Below, piece after piece: positions 23,922 to 25,364 of a stretch of 25,364 nt of DNA. The DNA lies in IMG/VR virus record IMGVR_UViG_3300038379_000110, positions 1-25,364 of that record. One strand, given 5' to 3'. This DNA is from a virus (Duplodnaviria; Caudoviricetes). Numbering within the stretch: position 1 is the stretch's first letter; every line of letters begins with the position of its first letter. Under the pieces are notes generated by a model. It had not been told where the DNA came from and made no database searches. It saw only the letters and a program-made list of their open reading frames with translations. Both the position numbers and the translations under genes were made by a program.

Positions 23922-23942
23922 CACGGATAGGCATGGCACAGC
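23912..23942. promoter_or_regulatory. Dyad GCTGTGCCA-N13-TGGCACAGC over the portal start
   Basis: Perfect 9-bp inverted repeat with the same core and spacing as 18921-18951, beside one of the few intergenic gaps. Confidence 0.65.
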
Positions 23943-24005
23943 AATGGCAACCAGGGAAGCGCGGAGTGGCGGATGGCTGCCAGCGTGGCTGGCGTGGTGG
24001 CACGG

Positions 24006-24668
24006 TCAGTCTACCGGCGCGTACTCCTCGAATTCTCCGCGCGGAATCCCGGCGTAACACTGCTCGACCTGCGCTCCGTGATACCTCGGATCGTGGGCTC
24101 CCGCCCGCGCTCGGACGCCGGCGTGCCGGTAGTCCGCGCCGCCACGGGTGATCTGCCAAACGGCGAGCACGAGCGCGGACACGAGGTCACCGTGCGTCGT
24201 GCTCCCGTCCACATCTCGCCGCCGCTTCGTCGCCACCGCGAGTCCTGTGGCAGTCGCGCGCGCCTCGACGTCGCCGAGCTGCTTGCGCAGTCGCGGTGAA
24301 CGGGGCAGCTCGATGCGCCGCGCGTGGATCATTACACGCAGGTCGAGGAACGTCTGCGCTATCTCCTCTTGCCGCACGGGCGCCGCAATCCAGTCCACGT
24401 CAGCGTCCCCGAGCACGGGCTCCCACGATGCGCGGTAGTGGCCATCGGACGCGAGCGCGCCCACGTCCCACTGGCGCAGGTCCGCGCAGAACGCGCGCGC
24501 CACGTCCACGGGGTCACGAGGCCCGCCGTCGTTGCGCAGCTCGCGCATGTGGACGACGCGCAGGCGAGCGAGTGGCCCACTGACGCCCGCGGGCTCAAGC
24601 TCCTCAACCACAACGAGCGCCGAAGCATCGCGCACGAAGGCCCAGTCCGCTCCGGCTGCGCGTCTCAC
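24006..24668 (-). CDS. Terminase large subunit, nuclease (RNase H-like) domain as a separate ORF
   Basis: AAGADWAFVRDASALVVV (first acidic strand), LASDGHY and HGDLVSALVLAVW (C-terminal acidic motif). GTG 24668 overlaps the ATPase stop; alternative ATG at 24683. Confidence 0.8.
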   Translation of the reverse strand: MRRAAGADWAFVRDASALVVVEELEPAGVSGPLARLRVVHMRELRNDGGPRDPVDVARAFCADLRQWDVGALASDGHYRASWEPVLGDADVDWIAAPVRQEEIAQTFLDLRVMIHARRIELPRSPRLRKQLGDVEARATATGLAVATKRRRDVDGSTTHGDLVSALVLAVWQITRGGADYRHAGVRARAGAHDPRYHGAQVEQCYAGIPRGEFEEYAPVD

Positions 24669-25363
24669 TCCGCCGCCATGCATTCATCCACCGCCTTTGG
24701 GTCGAAGAACACGCTCGTAACCGCCGGCATTGGGATAGCAGCATACTCGCGCTCCCACACCAGCGGGTCCGTCTCCCACGAGCGAGTCTGTGCCTCGGTG
24801 ATCGTCGGATTCGCGGCCCACGTCGGCGCAATCCGCACCATCTGCCCCGGTGTGTCGCCCGCTTCAACCATTCTGTGATGCACATCGAGAGTGGACCACG
24901 GCGACGATATCCACGCGACCTTGGCCAGCGGCTGCGTGGCTAGCGTCGGCAGGATGCTCTGCACTACCTCTTGCGCCGGGTTCGTGTCGGTGTCGTCGTC
25001 GCGCCACTTGGCCATCTCGTCACCGAGAATCCCTATACTCGTGAACCCGCTCACGCCCTTCACACTCGCGGTGAGCACGCGAATTGCGCGCACGCCGTAC
25101 TCTGTCCCGACGAGCAGCTCGGTGTTTCCCGCGCCTAGACGCTGGACGAACTCGCCACGCTTCACGGCGCCGCCCGTCGCCCGCACCTCTCGCCACCCGG
25201 CGAGCGTGAGCAGCACCCCGCACGTGCGGATTCGCTCGACAGCATCCCTCCTCTCCACCGATACGACGGCCAGCACGCCGAGGTCAGCGTCCGGGACGAC
25301 ATGCTCGCCTGCGATGACCTCGGCGACGGCCCAGCGGCACAGCGACGAGCTCTTCCCGCCGCG
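24665..25363 (-). CDS. Terminase large subunit, ATPase domain (5' end outside the window)
   Basis: Frame is open to the window edge. RGGKSS (Walker A, from 25363), IGILGDEMAKW (Walker B), WISSP (motif III), TWAANP and WEREYAA. Confidence 0.88.
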   Translation of the reverse strand, partial: RGGKSSSLCRWAVAEVIAGEHVVPDADLGVLAVVSVERRDAVERIRTCGVLLTLAGWREVRATGGAVKRGEFVQRLGAGNTELLVGTEYGVRAIRVLTASVKGVSGFTSIGILGDEMAKWRDDDTDTNPAQEVVQSILPTLATQPLAKVAWISSPWSTLDVHHRMVEAGDTPGQMVRIAPTWAANPTITEAQTRSWETDPLVWEREYAAIPMPAVTSVFFDPKAVDECMAAE

Positions 25364-25364
25364 C

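Larger units (their letters stand above)
283..25364 (-). mobile_element. Morphogenesis and lysis module of a contractile-tailed phage or prophage with a Mu-type head
   Basis: Continuous terminase-portal-head-neck-tail-baseplate-fibre-lysis order on one strand. No integrase, transposase, att site or host gene is visible, so prophage versus free phage cannot be decided. Confidence 0.95.

Noticed and set aside
18921-23950. Sigma-54 promoters suggested by TGGCAC at the two dyads
   Set aside because: GG-N10-GC spacing is met only once per site and in inconsistent orientations (antisense at the portal, inside the gene at the protease), with no TTGC; the dyad explains the motif better.

Overview
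GC-rich (roughly 70%) window occupied almost entirely (283-25364) by one minus-strand virion and lysis operon of a contractile-tailed phage or prophage, with most genes coupled through ATGA/GTGA/TGATG overlaps. Read right to left it encodes: a large terminase split into ATPase and nuclease ORFs; a DUF935/Mu gp29-type portal; five uncharacterised structural genes, one with 20-aa repeats, where Mu has gpF; a Mu I-type protease with an internal scaffold start; a cement protein; a Mu gpT-type capsid; neck proteins; a DUF2586-type sheath; tube; chaperone with a probable -1 frameshift; tape measure; baseplate with a fused hub-spike; two paralogous short fibres; a long modular fibre; and a lysis cassette with two peptidoglycan hydrolases. 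At the left edge a plus-strand gene end (GADSVDGT, TGT/DpdA-like) converges on the operon, followed in frame by a start-less Cys-rich frame. The strongest unexplained signals are the split terminase, a TGTGCCA-N13-TGGCACA dyad over the probable start codons of both portal and protease, and the five-gene cassette. All family calls come from motif recognition and synteny; no database search was run.
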